DNA from: a virus
Taxonomy: Duplodnaviria > Caudoviricetes
Strand: one strand, 5' to 3'
DNA: 64,000 nucleotides
Virus record (IMG/VR): IMGVR_UViG_2687453538_000001
Coordinates: 29,444 to 93,443 of that record
The position numbers and the translations under genes were made by a program. The notes below the pieces were generated by a model that was not told the origin of the DNA, did no database searches, and saw nothing but the letters and a program-made list of their open reading frames with translations. Numbering within the stretch: the first letter of the stretch is position 1; each line of letters begins with the position of its first letter. Of the stretch, positions 9,125-17,732 are shown piece by piece.

Positions 9125-10419
9125 TTCGAATCCTCGCTAGTAACAAATTCGGGATGGGTGCTAGAGGCCTTGTCCCCTGCGGCCTGCCCCTGAATCTGTG
9201 GGATTTCGGATAAGGCCTCTGTAAGGCCATGAATGGCACCAAAGCCGATGCCGTCTAACCAGGCGTGCCACTTCTCCAGGGCTACCCTGCGCTGCTGCAT
9301 CGCTTGGGTGTGGATGTAGGTGCTGGCGATCTTGCCCAGTGAGTGGTTCAGCAGCATCTCGCCGATGTGCCCGTCGATACCGAGGTCGGTCCATGTGCTG
9401 CGAGAGACTTTCCGCAGATCGTGGCTGGTCCACTCGCCCCGTCCCAGGTAGGTGAATACAGCGCTGGCCTGGCTCTCGCTCAGGCACCCGCCGCGACGAC
9501 TTGGGAACAGGTACACGCCGTCGTACCCTTCGGCCTGCTGGATTGCCCGGTACCGGGTCAGAAGCGCACAGATCTGGTTGGTCAGCGGCAGCCGGTGCTC
9601 TGTACGGGTCTTGGCATTCGCTGCCGGGATGAACCACTCGCCAGCCGTGACCGACACCTCGCTCCAGCGGGCCTTTCGGGTCTCGCCAATGCGGGTACCG
9701 TGCGCCAGCATCATCAGCGCAAGCATGGCCTTGGCTGGGGTTTCCTCGAAGACCTCGGCCAGCTGCTGCATCACATCAGCCAGGTGCACCGCTCGCAGAC
9801 GGGCCGACTTCGGCAGGATCTTGGCCTTGGTGAAGTCGCTGAAGCGCATCCCGCCCATGGGGTCAGACTCGATCAGTCCCAGGCGCTTGGCTTGCTTGAA
9901 CGCGGTCAGCAGCAGCGCGAACATCTGGCGCAGGTAGGACAGCGACACATCAGCCTGGGCGGGCCACATCAGTTGCTTGTCCAGCGTATCGGCAGTCACG
10001 TCTGCCAAGGGCAGATCATCCAGGCGCGGCTTCAGGTGCTGAGCAATGGCGGATCGTGCGCCGGCCTTGCGCTTCACCGACAGCGAGCGGTCACGAGCCA
10101 TCCGGTCGCCGTACCAGTCCAGCAGCTGACCCACGGAGGCCATACTCGACACCACCAGAGCGGTGGCCGGTTCGCGCAGCAGGCGCTGACGCAGTGCGGG
10201 CAGCTCAGTCAGCACCGTGGCGACGTTCAGCTCTGGCCAGCGGGCGACCGGCACCCATTTCTTGCCGCGCACCAGGTGCCAGGTGGCGCGCTCGCGGTTG
10301 CTCCAGAAGCGCAGGTATAGGCCAGGGTGACGCGGGTCGCGCAGATCGCGCACGGACACGTCGGCGGCCTGGCGGCGCACCTCAGCCTCGCTGAACTTCA
10401 CTTCGCGTGTTGCGCTCAT
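9121..10419 (-). CDS. Tyrosine recombinase in the nin region (not the att-adjacent integrase)
   Basis: HGTRIGE, HDLRK, LLNH...STY catalytic set; arm-binding-like N-terminus. Confidence 0.88.
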   Translation of the reverse strand: MSATREVKFSEAEVRRQAADVSVRDLRDPRHPGLYLRFWSNRERATWHLVRGKKWVPVARWPELNVATVLTELPALRQRLLREPATALVVSSMASVGQLLDWYGDRMARDRSLSVKRKAGARSAIAQHLKPRLDDLPLADVTADTLDKQLMWPAQADVSLSYLRQMFALLLTAFKQAKRLGLIESDPMGGMRFSDFTKAKILPKSARLRAVHLADVMQQLAEVFEETPAKAMLALMMLAHGTRIGETRKARWSEVSVTAGEWFIPAANAKTRTEHRLPLTNQICALLTRYRAIQQAEGYDGVYLFPSRRGGCLSESQASAVFTYLGRGEWTSHDLRKVSRSTWTDLGIDGHIGEMLLNHSLGKIASTYIHTQAMQQRRVALEKWHAWLDGIGFGAIHGLTEALSEIPQIQGQAAGDKASSTHPEFVTSEDSK

Positions 10420-10844
10420 GCGGCCACCGTCGCGGGCTGGAGCAGGTAGGCGCGGATCGCCTCGACGGCATCGATACTGCCCCGGCAGACGATCGCCAAG
10501 TATCCTTGGGCGGTCAGCGCCTGGATGTACGCATCCTGGCTGGGCGAAACCTCAGCATCGAAGGGAGGCTTGGCCTTAAATTCGATGTACAGGCCGAAAT
10601 AGCCGCCACGAGCCATTGGTAGCACCAGGTCGGGAACACCAGCCTTCACGCCCTGCCCCTTCAGCTTTGCGGCGACCAACTTGTGCCGGTGCCCACCGTT
10701 CGGGACGTGGTAGATCAGCTTGTAGGCCTGCGGGTAGCGCAGTTGCAGTTCCTGCATGAGCGCGGCCTGCTCCTGCCCTTCCCTGTCGACGGGCTTGGCG
10801 CGGGCCGGCTTAGCCTTGAAAGGGCGAAGGACAGTGGCACTCAT
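10416..10844 (-). CDS. VRR-NUC domain nuclease
   Basis: HVPNGG...GVPDL...YIEFK...SPSQ. Confidence 0.85.
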   Translation of the reverse strand: MSATVLRPFKAKPARAKPVDREGQEQAALMQELQLRYPQAYKLIYHVPNGGHRHKLVAAKLKGQGVKAGVPDLVLPMARGGYFGLYIEFKAKPPFDAEVSPSQDAYIQALTAQGYLAIVCRGSIDAVEAIRAYLLQPATVAA

Positions 10845-11137
10845 GCGACCACCACGGACTCAGCCAGCAAAATCGACTGGGTGCGCATCACGCCCTCGGC
10901 GTGGTACTGACGAGCAATCTCGCGATCAATCGCCCGGCTTCGCCCATCGCAGGCATCGTGGCAGGCGCTGCAAGACCATGCACCCTGCAGGTCGTGCGGC
11001 TTCTTGCCCACTCCGCAGGTGCCAGCCAGGCGGTAGTGAGCCAGGACTGTGGTCTCAGGATTTCCGTTGCATACGCCCGGGATGCGCACTTGGCAATCCC
11101 GGCCGCGTGCGGCCTTGGTCAGTTTGGATTGACGCAC
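10841..11137 (-). CDS. DUF1364/YbcO-like nuclease-domain protein
   Basis: ARGRDCQVRIPGVCNGNPETTVLAH...CSACHD. Confidence 0.85.
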   Translation of the reverse strand: MRQSKLTKAARGRDCQVRIPGVCNGNPETTVLAHYRLAGTCGVGKKPHDLQGAWSCSACHDACDGRSRAIDREIARQYHAEGVMRTQSILLAESVVVA

Positions 11138-11139
11138 GT

Positions 11140-11952
11140 TCAGGACTCCTTCTCGCCGCGGTGCGATTCCCACTCGAAGAGCACAATCACCCCTCCGCCC
11201 TCGCGCAGGCGGTCGTAGCAGCGTTCGCCCATGGCATGGCGCAGTTGGTGCCGGTCGAGGTTGGAAATCACCACCGTGGGGCGCATCTGCTCATAGCGCC
11301 CGTTGATGATCGAAAACAGGGTGGTCAGCTCGAATTCACTCGGCTGTTCCTTACTCGCGCCGACCTCGTCCAGCACCAGCAGCGATGGCTCGATAAGGCT
11401 GGACAGGATGTCGGCCTCGGACTGTTCGCTGTGGCGGTCGTAAGTGGCGCGGATGGACTGCAGGATCGCGCCCACTGTGCGATACACAGCCGTCGCCGAC
11501 GTGTTGCGCATCAGCTCGTTGGCCATACCGACCCCCAGATGGGTCTTGCCGGTACCGACATTGCCCAGCAGCATCAGGCAACGCCCGGTACGCTCGATCT
11601 CCTCGAACGCGGCCACGTAGCGCGTGCAGTAGGCCAGGGCCTTGCGCTGGCCTTCCTGCTCGACGCGGTAGTTGGCCAGGGTGCGCTCGGCGAAGCGCTT
11701 CGGGATCAGCGCTGAACCCAGCTTGCGGGTCATGGCCTCGCGCTTCAGGCGGGTTTCCTCCGCCTGCTGCTTGGCCTGCCGCTCGGCAATGGCGACCTTT
11801 TCGCACTCAGGGCAGCGGCCAACAATCTCGCGCCCCATCAGCATGGTCACCCGCTGTTCGAAGTCGCCGTGATGCTCGCAGTGCGCAGGCTGGACGCGGA
11901 AGCCGGCTGCGTTTCGCACCTCGGACATGGTGATCACCGATTCAGATCTCAT
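11140..11952 (-). CDS. DnaC/IstB-like helicase loader ATPase
   Basis: GNVGTGKT, LLVLDEVG, RCYDRL. Confidence 0.9.
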   Translation of the reverse strand: MRSESVITMSEVRNAAGFRVQPAHCEHHGDFEQRVTMLMGREIVGRCPECEKVAIAERQAKQQAEETRLKREAMTRKLGSALIPKRFAERTLANYRVEQEGQRKALAYCTRYVAAFEEIERTGRCLMLLGNVGTGKTHLGVGMANELMRNTSATAVYRTVGAILQSIRATYDRHSEQSEADILSSLIEPSLLVLDEVGASKEQPSEFELTTLFSIINGRYEQMRPTVVISNLDRHQLRHAMGERCYDRLREGGGVIVLFEWESHRGEKES

Positions 11953-12799
11953 AGGTACCGTCCTCGCGCTCGGTAAGGCCGTCGGTGTAGTCGCGGTCAC
12001 TGAAACCGTGGTGGCGGCTATTGGGGTTGGATTTGGCAGGCAGCTGGGCGGCGAGACGCTTGATCACCCAGTCCACCTCGAACCCGCGCCAGCCGTTCTC
12101 GACAGCAACCTCTAGGGCCTGAGCGGGCTGGATGCCGAACGCCTTGCACTGCTCTAGCTTGGCGTTCAGGCCGGACCAGATCCGGGCAGTCACCGGGGCT
12201 TTTGCGGCCTTGCGGACAGTCAGGTAGTCAGCGATCAGGGACTCATCCAGGCCGTGCGGGTTGTCGGCCAGCATGGCGGCCTTCCCGAATGGCGCCTTGC
12301 GGTCAGCCTTGGCCGGAGTCGGCTGCTCATCGCTGGGGGGGCATGTATTTTCTTTCGAAGAAAGAAATACATAGGGGGTTAAATTCTTAGAATAAAGAAG
12401 GGACTCGGCGGTTTTGGTCTGTTTCGGCTCTTCTCCGATTCGGACCACTTGAGCCGACTCGGCTGTTTTGGTCTGTTTCGGCTCGGTGACGTAGACCCAG
12501 TCTTTCGGGTCATTCACGCCGATATCACCCCTGGCACCACCCTCGCGGAACAACACACGGCGGCGCAGCAGACTGGAGATCGCCTTGGATACGGAATCAG
12601 GGTGGGCGTTGATGGCTTTTGCGATGTCGGTCGCCGGGATGCGCTGGGCGCCCGCGCCGAAGTTGATGGTGGCCTTGGCCACGTACAGCACAATCTTCAT
12701 CTCCCTGGCCGGAAGATCGATAGCCAACAGGCCATCCATGAGCTGGTTGTCCATCCGGGTGAACCCCCTGGACTTGTCAATTTGAACGATGTTTGTCAT
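11942..12799 (-). CDS. Lambda O-like replication initiator
   Basis: GFTRMDNQLMD N-terminus; internal repeat EPKQTKTAES twice. Confidence 0.85.
   Translation of the reverse strand: MTNIVQIDKSRGFTRMDNQLMDGLLAIDLPAREMKIVLYVAKATINFGAGAQRIPATDIAKAINAHPDSVSKAISSLLRRRVLFREGGARGDIGVNDPKDWVYVTEPKQTKTAESAQVVRIGEEPKQTKTAESLLYSKNLTPYVFLSSKENTCPPSDEQPTPAKADRKAPFGKAAMLADNPHGLDESLIADYLTVRKAAKAPVTARIWSGLNAKLEQCKAFGIQPAQALEVAVENGWRGFEVDWVIKRLAAQLPAKSNPNSRHHGFSDRDYTDGLTEREDGTYEI
12345..12484. repeat. Replication origin: iterons plus AT-rich tract
   Basis: GACTCGGC(G/T)GTTTTGGTCTGTTTCGGCTC at 12402-12430 and 12456-12484, next to AT-rich 12345-12400. Confidence 0.75.
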
Positions 12800-12919
12800 G
12801 CTCTGATCTCGTTTGAAGCTGTAGAGAAAGCCGCCCTGCCAGGCGGTTTTTTTTCGCCTACTGTTCAGCCACTGGATGCATGAACAGCGGGGCGGACTCA
12901 CTACTGGCGCAAGGCCGGG

Positions 12920-13144
12920 TCACGCATAATTCTTTTCGTCAGATGCTGGCCGTTGCAGCACAGGACGACTCGGAAACGGACGTACTTCCTCCCCCGTCAA
13001 CGTCCCGTCGTCGTTCTGGATCACAAAGATCACCCGACCAGCCTTCATCGCCTTTGCGATGGCTGGTGCGCTAACGTCAAGCCCCTTGGCGACGGCGGTC
13101 TGGCCGATTCGCTCAACAAGCTCAGGCAGCAGTGTTCGGTTCAT
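12920..13144 (-). CDS. cro: Cro-like repressor
   Basis: GQTAVAKGLDVSAPAIAKA...EEVRPFPS, lambda Cro-like; divergent from cI. Confidence 0.88.
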   Translation of the reverse strand: MNRTLLPELVERIGQTAVAKGLDVSAPAIAKAMKAGRVIFVIQNDDGTLTGEEVRPFPSRPVLQRPASDEKNYA

Positions 13145-13175
13145 GGCATTGCCTCAGTGAAGAATGCTCACGATA

Positions 13176-13239
13176 TTAACCGCCGGTTAGCATTTCTTCA
13201 ACACCGGCGGTTGAGGCAGTCAAATTAACCTCCGGTTAA
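13176..13239. promoter_or_regulatory. OR operators (three sites)
   Basis: TTAACCGCCGGTTAG 13176-13190, ACACCGGCGGTTG 13201-13213, TTAACCTCCGGTTAA 13225-13239. Confidence 0.8.
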
Positions 13240-13248
13240 ATTCCGCGA

Positions 13249-14136
13249 ATGACGAAAAAGAAAGATCTATCCCCAGAACTGAAGGCCGAGTGTGAGGCAG
13301 CGAAAAGGCTGTTCACCCAGAAAAAAAACGCACTTGGCCTGACACAGGCAAAGGTGGCTGAGGCTGCCGACATTTCGCCCGCAGGTGTAGCCATGTACTT
13401 GAATGGCACAAACCCCCTGAATGCGAAGTTTGCCGTCGTGCTGTCCAGGCTCCTTCAAGAGCCCGTGGACCGGTTCAGCCCCCGGCTAGCTGCTGAGCTT
13501 TCACAGATGCAGGGTGCCCAAGTGAAAAGCGCTGACGGCTTAAGGAGCACGGCCGCTGAGAAAGTGCTGGAGATGCTACGTAAGCACGGCGGAAAATCGC
13601 TGGATGCGACGGCTCAGGACAAGATTGCCAAGGCGGTAGCTGACAGTCTTTCCGAAGCATCAGCGCCGTCAACCGGCGCCGCACAGGCCGCTATCATGGT
13701 CATGGCAGGCCATGGAGATATCTCCATCCCGCAATACGATATCCGCGCGGCAATGGGCCATGGCCAGGTGCCAGCCGAGTACAGCGAAGTCATCCGCAAC
13801 GTGGTGATTCGCGAAGAAGTACTGCGCGAGAAAGGCGTGACCTACACCGCCGCCCAGGCCTTGGCGATGATCACCGGCTGGGGTCAGAGCATGGAAGGGA
13901 CGATCAATGACAAGGATCCTGTAATCGTTGATCGCGGAGTTAATGACTACCAAGGTGAAGGCGTTTATGTGCTCACTTGGCACGGGGATCTTCTCATAAA
14001 GCGCGTCCAGCGGATGGATGGGGATCACGTTTGGCTGATATCTGACAACAAAAATTACGAAAAGCAGTCAGCTCGCATCGAAGACGTAACAATACACGCA
14101 AAAGTGCTGCTAGTTTGGAATGCAAGAAAAATCTAG
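13249..14136 (+). CDS. cI: CI repressor (HTH + S24 autopeptidase)
   Basis: LTQAKVAEAADIS HTH, AMG cleavage region, GQSMEGTI, IKR. Confidence 0.93.
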   Translation: MTKKKDLSPELKAECEAAKRLFTQKKNALGLTQAKVAEAADISPAGVAMYLNGTNPLNAKFAVVLSRLLQEPVDRFSPRLAAELSQMQGAQVKSADGLRSTAAEKVLEMLRKHGGKSLDATAQDKIAKAVADSLSEASAPSTGAAQAAIMVMAGHGDISIPQYDIRAAMGHGQVPAEYSEVIRNVVIREEVLREKGVTYTAAQALAMITGWGQSMEGTINDKDPVIVDRGVNDYQGEGVYVLTWHGDLLIKRVQRMDGDHVWLISDNKNYEKQSARIEDVTIHAKVLLVWNARKI

Positions 14137-14160
14137 AGATTAGCCGATAGTTAGGATGCC

Positions 14161-15237
14161 ATGGATAAATTCATTTTTGAGGGACTCTCAATAGAGAGGA
14201 TGATTGCGCATACAATCTTTCCCCGAACCAAGGAAGGCGTGCTGGTGCCGCCCCAACTTTCTGAGGAATTAATCGATCTAGATGTCGATTCTAAAGACTT
14301 GCTCCAGGTGCGCATCACCGATGCACTAGGGAGCAACTCGCACGGGATCGAGATCAACGCAGAAAAGACTGATGCGTCCTCCTTCATGCAAAAATCTGCA
14401 GAAGCTCTAAGGGCCGAAAAAGCACGCTTCATTGAGCTTTCGAGAGTAATCGCAGAGGATTTGGCGGATGCACAGACCAATCCGAAATGGCCGGGTGGCG
14501 TCCTAATTGTCCTGTCCGGGCGTGTTGGCAATAACCAACACCCCTTCCTTGCGGCGATTAAGGCAGAAACCGACAAAGGCTTTAATATCGTTGAAAGAAA
14601 CGGCTCCGTCAGCTTAACCCTAATAAAAAAGATGTTGCTATCTCAAACTCAGCGTCTTTACAAGATAGGGGTCAGCGTCGAGATTTCCTATACTGCTCCG
14701 GTAGCAAGCATTTATCAGCCCGAAAACTACAGGTTTTTCCTGTTCGACCACCTGCTAACGACAACCGAAACGAAAGCAGCTGCAGCGTATTTCTACAACG
14801 CCTTCCTTGGCATGAACATCCTCAAATCTTCTAAGTTCCAGACTAGGAAATTCTACGAAGAAACAAAAACCTATATTTCAGGTTTAGCTCTGGAGCAACC
14901 GGAGAAGAGTGAGCTGCTCGAGGCATTGCGTTCCGAGCTTAGAAGCAACAAAGGAACCATGTCCGTACCAGCTTTCGCCGAGGAACACTTGCCAGCTGAT
15001 TCAAGACAGCATTACATCGACACCATGGCTGCAAAAGGGCTTCCGGATACAGCCATGGTCAAGGATCTTGCATACATCAAAGCTAAACTGCGAAGACCCC
15101 GCCGAGTAGATTTCAGCACGGGTGTAAAAATACAGGTACCCGCTGATTTGAATTTCCAAGATCATGTGCAGACCTTGCGGCAGGAAGGCGGATATACAGA
15201 CGTCCGCATCAAAGGCGTAGTTGAGAGTCGAGAGTAA
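14161..15237 (+). CDS. NA37/YejK(NdpA)-like nucleoid-associated family protein
   Basis: IERMIAH N-terminus, PGGVLIV, IKAE, LLSQTQRLYKIG, YFYNAFLG pattern recognised by eye. Confidence 0.7.
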   Translation: MDKFIFEGLSIERMIAHTIFPRTKEGVLVPPQLSEELIDLDVDSKDLLQVRITDALGSNSHGIEINAEKTDASSFMQKSAEALRAEKARFIELSRVIAEDLADAQTNPKWPGGVLIVLSGRVGNNQHPFLAAIKAETDKGFNIVERNGSVSLTLIKKMLLSQTQRLYKIGVSVEISYTAPVASIYQPENYRFFLFDHLLTTTETKAAAAYFYNAFLGMNILKSSKFQTRKFYEETKTYISGLALEQPEKSELLEALRSELRSNKGTMSVPAFAEEHLPADSRQHYIDTMAAKGLPDTAMVKDLAYIKAKLRRPRRVDFSTGVKIQVPADLNFQDHVQTLRQEGGYTDVRIKGVVESRE

Positions 15238-16202
15238 TGAATATTGAGCAGTTCAAAGACTATCTTCTGGCTGCTCAGCCCAGCCTTAATTTGTGGGGAA
15301 GTTTTGTAGAAAAAAACGTCAAGAAAATATCTAAAACCAATAGCATAAATCTCCAGATACTTTCATCTAGAGTCAAAGAAATTGATTCAGCAATAGGCAA
15401 ACTGACTCGAAAATCGTATAACAACCCCCTGAAAGACATGACCGACCTAGTTGGTGTCCGAGCTGTTTGCCTCTTGTCGCCCGATGTAGAAAAACTATGC
15501 CAAGCAATGATGCTACCCGTTTGGGACATACAGAAATCAAGAGACACCTCAAAAGAGTATGAGGACGCACCGGATAAATTTGGATATCAGTCCCATCATT
15601 TCGAGATACGCCCCAAATGCGATATACAAATCGCAGGCACTACGATCACTCCCGACATATGTTGTGAGTTACAGATCAGAACATTGATGCAGCACGCCTA
15701 TGCTGAGGTGGTTCACGATAGTATTTATAAAAGCTCTTGGAAAGTGCCTAGCCGCGCGGTAAGATTCGTATCCAGCAGTGCTGCATTAATCGAAACGGCG
15801 GACCACCTTTTTTGTGAAACCATGAACATTTTAGAGTCAGAATCGAAAGTCCGAGGCGAGCTGCTTGAGGAGCTCACGGACATCTACGATTCCAAGGTGG
15901 GGATTTCTAAGTTTAAAGATCAGAAATTTAACATGCTTGTTCTTGATCAGTTATCCGGCGTTATCCACCAAGACACACCGGATAAAATTCGCCACCTTCT
16001 AAATGAGCGCAGCTTCATTCAAGAAAGGGTGAAGTCCCGTCTAGACTCCAATGCATTTTGGTCTCAGCCAGTATCGATACTTGCATACCTCTTAGCTGTC
16101 GAGCACCCCTCTTCACTTAAAGAGCTCTGGCCCTATGCAGAGTCAGAAGACTCACTTGAACTCATCTATAGCGACTTAGGTAAAAAGTACCATAGCCATT
16201 AA
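15237..16202 (+). CDS. RelA/SpoT-domain small alarmone synthetase (SAS) with C-terminal extension
   Basis: RVKxxxSxxxK, DLVGVR, GYQSHH, ELQIRT, HAYAEVVHDSIYK. Confidence 0.9.
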   Translation: MNIEQFKDYLLAAQPSLNLWGSFVEKNVKKISKTNSINLQILSSRVKEIDSAIGKLTRKSYNNPLKDMTDLVGVRAVCLLSPDVEKLCQAMMLPVWDIQKSRDTSKEYEDAPDKFGYQSHHFEIRPKCDIQIAGTTITPDICCELQIRTLMQHAYAEVVHDSIYKSSWKVPSRAVRFVSSSAALIETADHLFCETMNILESESKVRGELLEELTDIYDSKVGISKFKDQKFNMLVLDQLSGVIHQDTPDKIRHLLNERSFIQERVKSRLDSNAFWSQPVSILAYLLAVEHPSSLKELWPYAESEDSLELIYSDLGKKYHSH

Positions 16203-16216
16203 TTAGCGCACGCCAC

Positions 16217-16552
16217 TCAGAAAGGCGCCTTCTCCTCTTCATGACGGACCAGGTCAAGGTCCACTTCCCTCTCGATCACCCGATCGTCATCCGTAGCAGC
16301 ATCCCACTGCAGAATCACCGACCCGTCATCACAGAACGTCATGTCCAGGCCGTCAGTTTCCGAAAGCAGCTCCATGATTCGTACCCAGTCCTGATCGCTA
16401 TCCGTATCCAGTTGATGAATCAGAACCTTCCTTCCGAACTGGGCCAGCGGCGAATTGATCATTGCTGAGATCCTCAGCCCCAGCTTTTCCAATCCCGTCA
16501 GCGCCTCGCCAGGCGCCGACATCGCTAATCCTTGTGCCGATCCCATTTTCAT
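16217..16552 (-). CDS. DUF1654-like protein, SOS-box preceded
   Basis: LEKLGLRISAMINSP...DDGSVILQW; GGAGG RBS. Confidence 0.7.
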   Translation of the reverse strand: MKMGSAQGLAMSAPGEALTGLEKLGLRISAMINSPLAQFGRKVLIHQLDTDSDQDWVRIMELLSETDGLDMTFCDDGSVILQWDAATDDDRVIEREVDLDLVRHEEEKAPF

Positions 16553-16562
16553 ACCTCCTATA

Positions 16563-16578
16563 CTGTATATCCGTACAG
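16563..16578. promoter_or_regulatory. LexA (SOS) box
   Basis: CTGTATATCCGTACAG fits CTGT-N8-ACAG. Confidence 0.8.
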
Positions 16579-16615
16579 ATTCAGGCAATCTTAGCGCGCC
16601 TTTTCAGAAAAATAA

Positions 16616-16657
16616 TTAACCGGCGGTATTGACGTAATGGTTACCGGCGGTTAATTT
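16616..16657 (+). promoter_or_regulatory. PL promoter with two OL operators
   Basis: TTGACG-17-TAATTT overlapped by TTAACCGGCGGTATT and GTTACCGGCGGTTAA, matching the OR sites. Confidence 0.82.
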
Positions 16658-16912
16658 TGCTGCCAGCCGGATAGATACTGGCCGCAGCAAAGGCAGCGAT
16701 GGACAGGCCTCAACAGTCCAGAGGGGTGGCAACTGCCCCGGGTGTGCAGGGTAAAGCACCGAGATCAGTTATCCGGCGGGAAGGTCCGCGGTCGGAGTCA
16801 ACAACCAGAAGAGTGCCGCGCAACCGACTCCAGTAGAGGGCCGCGGCTGAAGGTTTCACTGGCTGGCCTTCGAGGTAGAGGGCCAGACGGGAAATCAGCC
16901 GGAGAAAACACC

Positions 16913-17587
16913 ATGGCCGTAAACATCAGCAAATTAACCATCACGACTCCCGTAGCCACTTCCTCAACCAACCATGTTGCACTTGAGCTAAGCGGAGCAG
17001 AAGCGATCGCGCAGTTCCCGGAAATTGTTACTGCCTTGCCCGATGGCTCTATTCGCTTCACTGCGCCGACTAAAGGCGCCTCGAGCAAAAGCACACGTCG
17101 CACTCGTTGTGAGTGGTCTGAGGCCACCAACTGGACCCTGGCCAGCGCGGCAAATCACCGAAATCACCAGCAGATGGCGCTTACCAAGGTCAACTTTGCT
17201 CAGAAGGTCGTGATCTCGCAGATGCATGTTAGAGGCGATGACAGCCCACCGGTGAAGGTGTTCTGGAACAAGGGCAACATCACGATGGGCTTTCGCACCA
17301 CCTACAACCAAGCCACCCCGGTGAACACCACCGTACTCAAGGGTGTGCCGCTCGGGGCAAAGTTCACCGTTGCCATCGACGTTACGACACATGGCCTGGT
17401 GACTGTTTCAGCCCAGTGCAACGGTGTGTCCGGTTCTTCAGGAACCCTGCAGCTCGACGACACCTGGGACTCTCGCCTGTTCGAGTTCCATGGCGGCGTC
17501 TACAACCAGGTCGATTACACCGACTCGACTCCCGCCGCGGATGGCTCGATCTGCGTCATCAGCAGTCTCTCGCTGACCCATAGCTGA
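16913..17587 (+). CDS. Polysaccharide lyase family 7 (alginate lyase-like) protein
   Basis: RTRCEWSE, QMH, FEFHGGVYNQ as variants of RSELRE, QIH, YFKAGxYxQ; GGAG RBS. Confidence 0.78.
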   Translation: MAVNISKLTITTPVATSSTNHVALELSGAEAIAQFPEIVTALPDGSIRFTAPTKGASSKSTRRTRCEWSEATNWTLASAANHRNHQQMALTKVNFAQKVVISQMHVRGDDSPPVKVFWNKGNITMGFRTTYNQATPVNTTVLKGVPLGAKFTVAIDVTTHGLVTVSAQCNGVSGSSGTLQLDDTWDSRLFEFHGGVYNQVDYTDSTPAADGSICVISSLSLTHS

Positions 17588-17732
17588 CCAAGACAGCCGG
17601 AAAGACGGCCCGATCCACCTGGTCCCCCATCACCAGGCTGCATCGGAGAGCCTTCCCGACCCTACATCGAGCATGTTCAGGGAGACAGGCGGGATCGGCT
17701 CTCCAATGCAGCCCCAACGGAAGTGAATTGCA

